Shown here: positions 29,674 through 40,066 of the stretch, one piece after another
Layout of the letters: every line of letters begins with the position of its first letter
Numbering within the stretch: the stretch's first letter is position 1
Origin: Chrysochromulina tobinii
Lineage: Eukaryota
Reading direction: 5' to 3'
Length of the DNA: 40,066 nt
NCBI GenBank assembly: GCA_001275005.1
Contig: JWZX01003264.1
Coordinates: 1 to 40,066 of the forward strand
Program-made: the position numbers and the translations under genes
The notes under the pieces: model-generated
The model's input: the letters and a program-made list of their open reading frames with translations, nothing else
Database searches by the model: none
Told to the model about the DNA's origin: nothing

Positions 29674-30714
29674 TCAGTCCTCAAGCCAGCGCTCGATGAT
29701 GGTCCTCGCGAGGGAGATGGACGAGGGCACGTGGAAGGCGCCCGGCTCGGCGGGCTTGTCGAGGTCGCCCTGCCTGGCGAGCGCACCGCGCACAAACTCG
29801 CGCTCGAACCACTGCGCGTCCTCCAGCTCGTCCTCATCGACATGCAAGACTTCTTCCTTGGTCTGCACCAGGAAGCCAACCATGAGCGATCGCGGGAAGA
29901 GCCAGGGCTGCGAGCCGACGAAGCGCAGCGAGGTGCGATCGCACCGCACGCCCGCCTCCTCCATCATCTCACGCAGCACGCATTCCTCGATCGTCTCCCC
30001 AAACTCGACGAAGCCCGCGAGCGTGCTGTACCGGCCGGCGGGCCATTCCTTCTTGCGCCCGAGCAAGCACTTATCCCCGCGCGTGACGAGCACAATGACG
30101 GAGGGATCGAGCTGCGGACGGTAGCGCGTGCCGCAATCCTCGCACTTTCGGTTGCGCCCGTTTCGGAACGGCTTCGTCTTGCCACCGCATGCGCTGCAGT
30201 GCGGAATGGACCGATGCCAGAGCGCCAAGCCCCGCGCCGTGGTGAGCAGGGCCACGTCGTCGTCGCTCGTGAGTCGCACGTCGCTGCCGCCCAAGATGGC
30301 TGCTTCGCCGCCGCCCGGGCCGCGTGAGGCCCGCAAGGGCGCCCACTTGCCACCGAGGTCGGGAGCAGTCTCCAAGTGGGAGAGTTCGAGCAGCCAGAAG
30401 CCGGGCGTACTACCCTCGCCGTGCGCCGCCAGCGGTCCTTCCTTGGCGGTTCCGATCCATTGCGTGATGCAGTCCTCATGCGCCGTGAATCGGGACGCGG
30501 CCTCTGCACTCAACAACACTGGCTCGCAGTCCCGCCCTCGCTCTGCTTTCGCGGTGCACGGCGACACGCACAGCTCGCCTTTGTACACGGGCACGTACCG
30601 TGCAACAGCATCTGCGGCGGGCGCACCAGTGCGCTGCAGCCGCAAGTTGGTGTCGAAAAAGGGTACCGACGTCAGCGATGCAGAGGGCCAGGATGCCACG
30701 ACGAGCAGGAACAT
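29674..30714 (-). CDS. nudC: NADH pyrophosphatase / NAD-cap decapping Nudix hydrolase (NudC, NUDT12/13 type), N-terminal targeting peptide
   Basis: Zinc ribbon CSACG...CEDCG, YRPQLDPSVI, Nudix box GFVEFGETIEECVLREMMEEAG, SQPWLFPRSLM signature. Confidence 0.93.
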   Translation of the reverse strand: MFLLVVASWPSASLTSVPFFDTNLRLQRTGAPAADAVARYVPVYKGELCVSPCTAKAERGRDCEPVLLSAEAASRFTAHEDCITQWIGTAKEGPLAAHGEGSTPGFWLLELSHLETAPDLGGKWAPLRASRGPGGGEAAILGGSDVRLTSDDDVALLTTARGLALWHRSIPHCSACGGKTKPFRNGRNRKCEDCGTRYRPQLDPSVIVLVTRGDKCLLGRKKEWPAGRYSTLAGFVEFGETIEECVLREMMEEAGVRCDRTSLRFVGSQPWLFPRSLMVGFLVQTKEEVLHVDEDELEDAQWFEREFVRGALARQGDLDKPAEPGAFHVPSSISLARTIIERWLED

Positions 30715-30883
30715 GACGATTTTGGCGTTACGTGCTGGGTTTCAAGAGATCCCAGAATCGGAGGGCTCGAGCGAGAGAGCCGCGTCTGTGGTGAGGATAC
30801 GCCCAAGAAGGCGCTCGCAGCTGCCGTACCGAAGTCCAAAGGGACTTGGGCAGTTTTGCTCTCGTTCGTGTCGCGCTTGCAGC

Positions 30884-33800
30884 ATGTACAGTCGCGAGGA
30901 GCGGTACCGCTCGATGTCTCAGGCGACGCCGTGGACGGTCGGCCCGTCGGCGAGCCGCGATTTCGAGCCGCCGGCCGCCGCCGACGATCCGATGCTCCAG
31001 ATCGCTGCTTCAGCGCACGCAAAGATCGCCGGCCACAATGGCTTGGGCAACCCGAAGATGGTCCGTGGCCAGCGCGGCCGCTTCACGGGCAGCGCCTCGG
31101 CGCCCGCGCTGCACCGCGAGTTTACCCTCAGCACCTCGGCCAACGAAGTCGTCCAAAACCGGCTCGGACCAGGCCCGTCGACCGTGACGCTGGAGGTCGG
31201 GGTGAGCGCATTGCGTGGCGCTGCTCAGTCGCAGGCCAAGGAGCTGGTCGCGTCGCGCCAACGGGCTGCTCGAGCGTCGCCACCACCGAGCGACGAGGTC
31301 GACGCGCAGGAAGGCGCAGCGGCCACAGCAGCAGGAGCGGCGGCGACGGAGACGGAGGCGACGACGGCCGCCGACGTGAGCTCTTCGCCGCTGCCGCCGC
31401 TGCCGAGCACGCCGCCAGAAGAGAGCGACCCGGGCGCGGCCACCGCGGCCGCGGCTGAGCCGTCCGCCGCGCCAGCCAGCAGTGCAGAGGACGAGAAGGA
31501 CGAGAGCCATCCCACCGGCGCGGACTCCGCGGAGGCGAAGAGCCGAGGCAGGCGCGGCGGTGGAGGCTCTAGCAGCGCGCCGATGCTGCCGGCAGAAGGG
31601 ACAGCCATGGACGCGGAGATGAGCGGAGCGCCGCGCGCTTCCGCCTTTGCCCCACATGCATCCGACGGCAGCGGCGGCGGTGGCGCCGGCAGCGGCGGCG
31701 GTGGCGCCGGCAGCGGCCGCGGCGGTAACAACCCGTTCGCGCGGCTCAAGGCTGTAGGAGTGCCGGGGGACATGGCTCTTCACGTTCACACCCCCATGGC
31801 TGCGCCTCCGCCGCAGCAGACGCCTCCCGCATGGACAGTTCCCATCAAGGGCCGCGTGCCCTCGCCCACTCCGCTGCAGCTGCCGTGGCGGCCGGAGCCC
31901 GGCCGACTACTGAACTCGCCGCCGAGCGGGCAGCCGCTGCGCCCACTGCCGCTGTATCCGGCGCCCATACAGCCGGGGTCGACGGCGACGGTGCCGCTCA
32001 CAGACGACGAGGTGCTCGTTGGCAGCGTGGCCAGCGTGGCGCAGCGGAACGCCATGGCGACCATTGGCATCCGTGAAGGGCGGTGTGAAGGGCGACCACA
32101 AGGCCGACCCCTGGGCCGTGGAGTCCGTCCTGCCACGCCGCGAATACTAATCACCTCCGCCTCCGCGCCGCTCACCTCCTCTTCGACTCACGAGGAGCCT
32201 CCCCCGAGGGCGCCCTCGTCCTCGCCGCGTGCGCCACGCACGAGCTCCACCGAAGTCGGCGCCGTCGTGAGCGCGAGCGGCGCGGGAGCTGCGGCGCTCA
32301 CGACGGCGCTCACAGCGCCGCCGCCGCCGCAGCCTCTCGGCGCTGTCGTGAGCGCGTCCATGCCGGTGCTGCCGACTGACTGGTCACCCATCGACGGTGG
32401 GACGCGCGGTGGCCCCGAGTTCCGTGCAAGCGCCTTCGGACGCACGCTCGAGTCCGTTGCCGCGCCCGTGCCCTTCGGTGGCGCCGGCCTGCCAGCATCG
32501 CTGAGCGCTGTGGCGGGCACTGCCAAGCTCAAGCAGCCTCGATCGGAGTTACAGACCGCGCCGCCGCCACCGCGCACGCAGCAGCCCGCCCGATGGCGGC
32601 GGTGACGCACAGCGCGCAGCTCGTCGGCCGCACGAGCGCCTCGTGCGCGGAGCCGCGCGGATCACAGATGCTCCCGCTGCGCGTGTGTGGTGCGCTCACG
32701 ACGGCGCCCGCGTGGCAGGAGGGATGGGAATGGTTTGGGTGGGACGTCTCCCCCTTTGACGAGCGTGCTGCCGAGGTGGCGGCGGCCGTCGACGTTGGCG
32801 CGGAATGGGCGGAGGAGGCCGTGGATGCTGCGCCTCGCGAGGAGGCGGAGCGTCGTGGTGAGCACTTGCATGCAGCGCCTCGCGAGGACGTCGCAGCGCC
32901 GCCGCCACCCGTCGCCAAGCTCGCACTCCACTTGGAAGCAAAGTCGTCGGCACCCTCATCGTCGTTCAGCGAGGGTGGTGAGGGTGGCGGTGAGGGTGGC
33001 GGCGAGGGTGGCGGCGAGGGTGGCGGTGAGGGTGGCGAGGGCGGCGAGGGCGGCGACGCCAGCGAAGAGGCAGCGGCGACGCAAAGGGAGTCACGCGACG
33101 CAAAGAGAGGTGCTCAGCACGATGCCCTCGACCCTTCACCATCGCTGAGCGTCGTGATGAGCACCACTCCGGATGCCTCATTGGATGCGGCGGCGGCGCG
33201 TGCCCGGGTCTTCCTCAACACGAAAGGATACGCCGAGCCCGACGTCGAATCGATCCGGCCGTTGGGACGGGTTGGAGGCAAGGAGCTGCTCAAGGCCATC
33301 TATGCGCACGCGGTCCGTCTGTCGGAGAAGAGCTTCGCAGTGCCCTCGACGTCATCACGCGCAGGCCCACCGGCGCCGCTGCTGCGCCATGCGTTGGGTA
33401 AGCCGGCGGGCTGCCTCTGCCTCGAGCTCTGCGAGCCGGGAGCCTACGACGCGCTGCGTGCTGCGTACCGCCGGCTCGCGCGCATCGAGGGTCATCAAGG
33501 GTCATCCAGCATCGAGGGTCATCAAGGGTCATCCAGCATCGAGGGTCATCAAGCTGGCGGCCCCGCCGAGACGATCCGCGAGCTGCTGCCGATGCTTGAT
33601 GAGCTTCGTCATCGCATAGCCGTGGGTCGTGTGGCACTCCAACGGCTCAGTGTGCTGCTGCCACCACCGCCCGCGGGCGCCGCGCCGACAGCCTCGTTGG
33701 CCATCGGGCTGAGTCTCCTCTCAATGGCTGGCAGTAACTCCCACCCGGGTGCGGAGGCCGCTCGGCAGGCGGCGCCTGAAGTGGCCACGGCACTGGAGCT

Positions 33801-34761
33801 GTGGCACCGGTCCGGGCTCACCGAGGCCGCGTCGTCGCTCGCTGCCGACCTGAGCCTGCACGCGCACACGCTGGCTCACCACCTGAGCAAGTCGATGCCC
33901 AAGTCGCCTGAGGGCGAGCTGCTGCCCGGCATCACCCAGATGCCACCACACCTGGCCGTCGTTGAGCTATGCACACCCGCCCACCTCGAGTGCTTCCGAC
34001 GCATCGCCACCTGGGGGGATGTGACACCCGAGCCTTCAGGCCCAGGCACCAACCAGGTCCCCACAGGGGTGGGCCTCGGCCTCCGGAGCGGCGTCTCCAA
34101 AAACGTCCCCGCTGCAAGCGCCTCGATGAGCTCGGCGGCGCCGCCCAACACGCAATGGGCGCAGCTCCTCGCGCAGCAGCTCCTCTGCACGCTCTGGCGG
34201 CTCTACCGGTGTGGCGCACTCACGGTGCCCATGGACCCCGAGGTGCAACAGACGGCCGAGCTGCTCGAGCACCAGCACCGTCGCGCGCGCCAGGCGCAGC
34301 TCGAGCAAGAGCGACGAGAACGCATCGGGCAGCCGTCGCCGCCGCCGCCGGGCCCTGATGACATTCCCGACGAGCGCGACTCGCCTTATTACGGACGCCA
34401 CCTGCGGGCAGTGTGCGTGCTGCAAGCGCTGCATCGACAGCGCCAGCTGCAAGTGCAGAAGCAGAAGCAGCAGGCGGCGCTGCACCGGCTCGGGCACGAG
34501 CAGAAGCAGCTCGCGAAGCGTACTACCGGCGCCGCCGCACCCACCTTTACAATGGCCACGAGCAATCCCAAGCCGGCCAAACGCCCCGCGCCGCAAGGAG
34601 CGCTCCACCGGCTCGGGCAGGAGCGGCCAGCTGGGCCGAAGCTCCCGTTCCTCACCGCCCTGATCGTGCCGCCCAAGGCCCACTTCAAGGACGGCGAGGT
34701 GCCGCGCATGGAGCTCTACCACTCCGAGAACGCGCCCGGCTACGTACACTTCTCGTCGTGA
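30884..34761 (+). CDS. Large low-complexity hypothetical protein(s); two abutting ORFs (to 32605 and from 32593) with a frame change near 32590
   Basis: Continuous GC3-rich coding-like sequence; could be one frameshifted gene or two genes. Confidence 0.5.
32825..32888 (-). mobile_element. Antisense, in-frame copy of cassette A flanked by a 19-nt direct repeat
   Basis: 32850-32874 gcgtcgtggtgagcacttgcatgca is the reverse complement of tgcatgcaagtgctcaccacgacgc; atgcWgcgcctcgcgagga at 32825 and 32870 (45-nt offset). Confidence 0.85.
33482..33553. repeat. 27-nt coding tandem repeat (2.7 units), antisense cassette-B-like
   Basis: gcatcgagggtcatcaagggtcatcca; the reverse complement contains gatgacccttgatgaccctcgatg. 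Confidence 0.8.
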
Positions 34762-35139
34762 GCCCCTACCGGTCCGGCTTGGGTGTTGAGACGGCATGGG
34801 CTCGTACGCGCGTACTGTATTCTCGAGTAGCGAGCTCTCTGCGTCAAGCTGAAGAGTGCAGACCCCACAGTGTGTGCCCCGCGAGAGCGTCAGACAGCAC
34901 AGCACACGATAAATGTATCTCACCGTGCCACCCGACGTCTGGACATGACGGGGAACTGATATAATAAGCAGCGCTTGACCACCTTCCAGTCTCGAGACTT
35001 TGGTGAACGCTGTCCACACTGGAATCAAAATGTGGAAAAAGGCGAGCACGGATTTTCGATCGTGTCGTCTGGAAATCCAACGCCGCAAATTCAGTTGTCA
35101 AGCACACCGTCTGGAATCTAGATTTTTTGAAGAGACAAC

Positions 35140-36444
35140 ATGCCGACTCTTGTCAAGCATGGCACTCGAGAGCTTAGCTTCGCTGAAGCATTTGAAACCA
35201 TCTCCCAGGTGAAAGCCGCGCTAGCTCGCGCTCACGGCATCGCACCAGAGAGCGCGCGCTTGGTCGCCAAGGGCAAGACGCTCTCCGACGAAGAATCCGT
35301 TCCGAACTGCAAGATGATGTTGTTTATCCGCGGTGGCACATCAACGCTGTCATTGTCGCTGCGCTGCCTCGTTAGCGGCCGCGTCGTGAATCAGGTTCAG
35401 GTCGCCTCCTCGATGCGCGTGTCCGAGCTTGCAGAGCGGGCGACCGTCGCCCTCGGCCTCTCGGGCCATCGGGCCCTGTACCTGGAGGCTGGCAAGCAGC
35501 TCATGCGTCCCGAACTGTCGCTCAATGACTACACGGTTACGAACGGCACCGAGATTTTCGTCTGTCCGGTTTCGAGGACTGCGGAGGAGCTCGGTGCTGA
35601 GGCTGAGCCCAAGCTGCTGCCGCTGCCGCTGCTGCCCCCGTCAATCAAGAGCGCAGTGCCTAAGGCTCTGGAGCCCGTGCCGCCCACGCCGCCTGCGCAG
35701 GACGCCGATGGCGAGTGCAGCCAGGCGGGTGCAAGGGTACCTGCTCGAATGAGGACGGGTGTGCTCGGCGAGGCTGGGGCTGCTGCCCAAGTGCAAATGA
35801 TCCCAATCCCCATCGAGGTGCTACGTGAACTGCAGCGCTCGGAGTGCGGAGGCGGGAAGCCTGTTGACGAGCGTGCCTTGCTCGGCTTGATCGATCAGCA
35901 GATGCACGCCAACCTGGGCACCTTGGGCATCCTGGGCGAGCTGCCTCGCATTGAACAGCAGCAGGCGAGGCAAGAAGAGCATCTCGAGCTCGTATGCTCG
36001 AAGCTCGTGCACGGGCTGCAACGCGCCCAGCCTGCCGAGCAGCTCGGCAACAAGCCCAGCGACGCCAAGGAGCGCCGAAAGGAGTCCGCAGCGTGGGGTA
36101 AAGGCCTTTCAAAGGGGTTCCTCTCGCGACCCAAGAAGCAGAAGCGGCAGCCGGCTCAGCCGCCCGCGCCCGTCGTCGTCGTCAGCCAGGCTGAGAATGC
36201 CGAGTTGAGCGCTGCCGTGTGCGCAGCCAACCGTGCCAAGAAGAGGGCGGCAGCTTGCTGCTTGGTGTGCGCAACACGCCTGCCAGTGACGGCGTCGATT
36301 CAGGCGCGCTGTCGCTGCGGTGAGCTCTTCTGCGCGGCTCATATGCATGCGCACGCGTGCAAGCATGACTACAAGGCTGCTTTTGCGAACCATCTGCGAG
36401 CGGCCAACCCGAAGGTGGAGCCAACGAAACTCGAGACGCTATAA
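35140..36444 (+). CDS. Ubiquitin-like domain(s) + C-terminal AN1-type zinc finger protein (ZFAND4-like architecture)
   Basis: TISQVKAAL...RLVAKGKTLSD UBL; second UBL ...GKQLMRPELSLNDYTVTNGTEIFV; CLVC...CRCGELFCAAHMHAHACKHDYK. Confidence 0.85.
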   Translation: MPTLVKHGTRELSFAEAFETISQVKAALARAHGIAPESARLVAKGKTLSDEESVPNCKMMLFIRGGTSTLSLSLRCLVSGRVVNQVQVASSMRVSELAERATVALGLSGHRALYLEAGKQLMRPELSLNDYTVTNGTEIFVCPVSRTAEELGAEAEPKLLPLPLLPPSIKSAVPKALEPVPPTPPAQDADGECSQAGARVPARMRTGVLGEAGAAAQVQMIPIPIEVLRELQRSECGGGKPVDERALLGLIDQQMHANLGTLGILGELPRIEQQQARQEEHLELVCSKLVHGLQRAQPAEQLGNKPSDAKERRKESAAWGKGLSKGFLSRPKKQKRQPAQPPAPVVVVSQAENAELSAAVCAANRAKKRAAACCLVCATRLPVTASIQARCRCGELFCAAHMHAHACKHDYKAAFANHLRAANPKVEPTKLETL

Positions 36445-37037
36445 GACGTAACTCGAGACGCTGCGAGACGGGGCAGGCAGCAAGACACATACTGGGACGC
36501 TACTACCGTTGATTGTAGATGCAATTAAGATGGATGGCCGACATGATTCTGCTCGGGATGCGCTGGGATGCGGCGTTGGCAGGGGCGAGCAGCTGGTCAT
36601 GCCGAGTCCTGAGAGCTCGCAAGTTGCGAGCCGGGCTCAAGGAATCGGTATCCGGGAATGAAGGAAACCTAACCGGAGCTAAGCTGGGAGCTGAGGCAGT
36701 GGTGCCTGGTGCGGCCCCGGCGCCTTGACGTGACATCGATTCGCGTTTTCGTTGTTAGTCGGCTCGATCCTTGACTCGCGTTCAAGGTGTACTGCTACTA
36801 ACACAGAAAAAGCCACTTTTTAGCGGGTATCTAAGCTCTCAGCAAGTAGATCACGAAGAGCCCATCACGACGCTGCCGCTATGTTCACGCGACGCGAGGA
36901 CGGATGTCCCATGTCGCCGAAACGGATACGCGCACTGCCCGTGCGCGCACGACTTTGCACAAGAAATGCACGGCCGTCCGAACAGAACGCCTCGCGCAAA
37001 AGCCAAACCAACGCGGAGGTCAGATGGCAGCAGTACG

Positions 37038-38432
37038 ATGTCAACGCGCTTTTGTGCCGTACTGTTTCTGGCCGACTGCGAATGTCTGAGACGAACACGA
37101 TCGAATTCTTCTGATTTGCGACCCATTCTCGCAAACCATGCAAGCATGAACGCAAGCCACATGGGATTGCTGTGGACGCCAGATCTCCCGCCGATCCCCG
37201 ACAGCAGGCCAGGAATCGGTGGAAACTGCTCAATGGGGGAACTCAAGTACAACAAGGTGCCTTTGAAGAACTCGACCATGTGTTTGGCCCCGGAAGGCGA
37301 CTGGATTAGCGATAAGATACGCAAGGTTGGACATTGGTATGATTGTATGCTTCTGAGACGCCTGTGGCACGCACCTGTCGCAGACAGAAGCCGCGGAGGC
37401 ATATTCCTCGAAGTAGGTGCAAACATTGGCACTTGCACGTTGGAGTTCTTGCTCTTGACGGATGCGTACATAATTGCAGTGGAGCCGAGCCCATTCAATC
37501 TCTACCATCTCACACGCACGCTTCACATGGCAGCATTACAAAATCCCGCCCTGGCCTCTCGCGTTGCGGTGCTCACACTTGCCGCTGGAGATGCAAGTAT
37601 TCGAGGCGCAGGATTGCGCACGCCACATGGTAACGCCGGCAATTCCCAGATGGTAACGCCTCCATCCCCGCCGCTGCCGAGGCCGGCTGCCAAGGGTGCA
37701 GCCGCGACCAACGGGCGAGCTGCTTCTGCGCACCGAGGGCTTAGCCCTGGGGGCAATCCAGCAAGCCCTGGGCGTCCGCAGAAGGTGGCGGCGTGCCGGG
37801 GCTCGTGCACAGTCCAGAGCGTTGCTGTTGAACCTCTTGATAAGATCTTTCCTGGTCGAGCCCTTCGCTCTGTGCGACTCTTCAAAGTGGACACAGAAGG
37901 ATTTGAGTGCAACGTGTTGCGAGGTGCACGCCAATTACTGCGATCGGGCGAGGTGCAACGCGTGACTGCTGAAGTGAACTCAGGAATGCTGCAACGTGCA
38001 GGTTGTGACGAGACGCGCCTGCACCGCGAGCTCTGGTCTTCGGGTGCATACAATGTCTCGCTTCGCCCGACGATGACAGAATCAACCTTCATCGCACAGC
38101 GCTTTGGCGGACCTCTGGCCATGTGCAGTGGGCCCAGCGGGTGCCCAAACGTGCCATTGGATTACTCGAGTCCGGAATGGCAAACTCCTGGTACGTTGCT
38201 ACATCCTCATCCTGGGTCCAGCTCGAGCTCCACGTCTTCGTCTGCGGGTCCAGAGGGGGCACTACGTGTACATCTTCCCTGTGCATCGCATCTGCTAAAG
38301 GGCTTTGGCAAGATGAAGTATGATGCTTGCATGGCATCTGCCCTTGGTTCATGCCCGCCCGCTGTGTGCGCGTCGCTCAGTACCGGAGCGGGCGTTCTAC
38401 CGCCCCTTTTGTTGCTTGCCCCTGAACGCTGA
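37038..38432 (+). CDS. FkbM-family methyltransferase
   Basis: FLEVGANIGTCT, IAVEPSPFNL, GNAGNS, LFKVDTEGFECNVLRGA; start uncertain. Confidence 0.85.
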   Translation: MSTRFCAVLFLADCECLRRTRSNSSDLRPILANHASMNASHMGLLWTPDLPPIPDSRPGIGGNCSMGELKYNKVPLKNSTMCLAPEGDWISDKIRKVGHWYDCMLLRRLWHAPVADRSRGGIFLEVGANIGTCTLEFLLLTDAYIIAVEPSPFNLYHLTRTLHMAALQNPALASRVAVLTLAAGDASIRGAGLRTPHGNAGNSQMVTPPSPPLPRPAAKGAAATNGRAASAHRGLSPGGNPASPGRPQKVAACRGSCTVQSVAVEPLDKIFPGRALRSVRLFKVDTEGFECNVLRGARQLLRSGEVQRVTAEVNSGMLQRAGCDETRLHRELWSSGAYNVSLRPTMTESTFIAQRFGGPLAMCSGPSGCPNVPLDYSSPEWQTPGTLLHPHPGSSSSSTSSSAGPEGALRVHLPCASHLLKGFGKMKYDACMASALGSCPPAVCASLSTGAGVLPPLLLLAPER

Positions 38433-38916
38433 AGACCTCTAGCGTAGTAACTTGGTAGTACTGTAATTCTCGCGCTCGACCGCTGTACAAGCATACTAAC
38501 GCATTCGCACCCCTTTCGCGCACGGTGTCGATCATTCAACGTTATTCGCGGCGCCTTGGCCTTCGCGCTTATCCGTCGGTTATGGCGTTCCGACCTCCAC
38601 CAACAACAGTAATAGGGTACTAGACGTAACAGTGTCGACACGATACGATGAGTCACACACGCGGCGACGAGTACACACACATTCGACTTTGGCGCCAGTT
38701 GGTTCTTGGAACGACCCTCCTCGCAGCTGCCAGTCTCGCGTTCGCCGGTTCGCACTGCGTTCGCCGGTTCGCAGGGTCCGGAAGCTACGAGGAGGGAACG
38801 CGCCAGTGCTCGCGGCGGCACTCGAGTGGCTGTACACACATCGGTATGGTACTTCGTCACTGGCCGGTGCTTCGTCACTTACCTCTCGAGTGGCTGTACA
38901 CGTCGGTCTTCTCCGA

Positions 38917-40066
38917 TCATTTCTGATCTCTTCGCTGGGATCGCTCCTTCCGTCGAGCTCGCGCGTGCTCAACGGCAGATGCCATCGAGCTCTTGAGCTT
39001 TGAGACGATCATGTCTATCCTCTGGTCCATTCTTCGGGCTCGCTCTTGCTTGCGAGCCAGCGTGCGCTCAACGGCTGCCTCCATAGACTTATAGAGGGCC
39101 TTGAAGGCTTGGGGGTGGCGCAAGCCCGAGAGAGGAGCAAGCACCGGGTGCACGAGCGGCAGCGCCCACGGCAGCTTCTGACTGATGAAGCGACCCATGG
39201 TGCGCACGAGCGATCCGGCCTTATGCTCCCCCGCCTGCATGCGGCGCCGCCACGTAGCCTTATCCTCCCCCGCCTGCGGAGCCGCATGCGCTGCAGGCGG
39301 GATCGAAGAAGCTTCGGCCTCTGCGGCGGCCATCATCCACCGCCAGAGGCGGATGAGGCGCGGCGCCTGCGGGATCTCCGCCTGCGAGATCTCATCGTCC
39401 TCTGGGTCCGCCTTCTCGGCGCCCTTCTTGGCGGCCGCCGCGCGCTCTGTCTGGATACGCTCTGCTTCGTTCCGCTCGGCCTTTGCCTTCTCGGCCTTCG
39501 CCTTCTCGGCCGCCATCTTGTCAGCCTTCGCCTTCTCCGCCGCCGCCTTCGCCGCCATCTTGTCAACCTTCGCCTTCTCCTTCTTCGCCTTATCAGCCTT
39601 CGCCTTGTCAGCCTTCTCCTTCTCGGCCGCCGCCTTCTCGGCCGCCACTTTTTCGAGCGCCGCCTTCTCGAGCGCCGCCTTCTCGGCCACCGCCTTTTGG
39701 GCAGCCGCCTTCTCCTTCTCGGCTGCCGCCTTCTCCTTCTCGGCCGCCGCCTTGTCCGCCGCCGCCTTCTCGATTGCCGCCTTCTCGGCCGCCGCCACCT
39801 TCTCGGCCGCCGCCGCCTTCTCCGCCGCCGCATTCGCGTTTGGTTTCGGAGCGGCCGCCGGCGGCGGCGCGCTGTAGCCGTTGCCCGAGCTCGCCGCCCG
39901 ACCCCGGTTCATCGCGCTCGCCGCATGGGCACTCTTCGGAAAGCCACATTTGCAATCACCGAAGTTGGCGCCGGCCATGTCGACTCGGTACTCATTGCAC
40001 GCGCCGCCGGCCGCCGGCTCGTCTTCAGTCGGCGCGGCGGGCGGCGGCGGCGGCACCGCCTTCGGA
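38917..40066 (-). CDS. 5'-partial protein with a small Cys/His motif and long AAEKA single-helix repeat
   Basis: [25 protein letters not shown] followed by about 120 aa of (AAEK/ADK)n; ORF enters from beyond the window end. Confidence 0.7.
   Translation of the reverse strand, partial: PKAVPPPPPAAPTEDEPAAGGACNEYRVDMAGANFGDCKCGFPKSAHAASAMNRGRAASSGNGYSAPPPAAAPKPNANAAAEKAAAAEKVAAAEKAAIEKAAADKAAAEKEKAAAEKEKAAAQKAVAEKAALEKAALEKVAAEKAAAEKEKADKAKADKAKKEKAKVDKMAAKAAAEKAKADKMAAEKAKAEKAKAERNEAERIQTERAAAAKKGAEKADPEDDEISQAEIPQAPRLIRLWRWMMAAAEAEASSIPPAAHAAPQAGEDKATWRRRMQAGEHKAGSLVRTMGRFISQKLPWALPLVHPVLAPLSGLRHPQAFKALYKSMEAAVERTLARKQERARRMDQRIDMIVSKLKSSMASAVEHARARRKERSQRRDQK

Noticed and set aside
30128..30883. 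N-terminal extension of the 825-aa ORF
   Set aside because: Overlaps NudC antisense; the likely start is ATG 30884
39185..39955. Poly-Arg and Ala/Phe/Ser ORFs
   Set aside because: Alternative frames of the AAEKA repeat

Overview
Gene-dense, GC-rich eukaryotic nuclear DNA, most likely a haptophyte alga. This is inferred from GC/codon style, SPPP-rich surface proteins, bipartite plastid-targeting presequences, a selenoprotein and (GACTT)n repeats. About 19 genes are supported: a Pro-rich surface protein (partial), ProXp-ala/ProRS, a GRIP golgin, a MAPEG protein, a SelM/Sep15-like selenoprotein plus its pseudogene copy, an ABM-like protein, a cation/H+ antiporter, RPL18A, a Rieske-ferrochelatase-CAB fusion, an F-box repeat protein, two SAM methyltransferases, NudC, a UBL/AN1 zinc-finger protein and several hypotheticals. 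Two things stand out. (1) An apparently recent intron-generating system: ten of the eleven CDS introns I can place carry one of two recurring cassettes and a 10-36 nt copy of adjacent exon sequence. Cassette A is tgcatgcaagtgctcaccacggcgccctccccttccccacag and cassette B is a set of TGATTGCNNC decamer arrays. The units are often stacked in tandem with internal AG|GT sites, and cassette A also occurs antisense and in frame inside a CDS. The same 'duplicate + spacer' architecture appears at 2-18 bp and about 530 bp scales. (2) A plastid-targeted Rieske [2Fe-2S]-ferrochelatase-CAB fusion has both catalytic His and Glu substituted, making it a probable pseudo-chelatase with a new role. All calls are by eye; no database searches were run.
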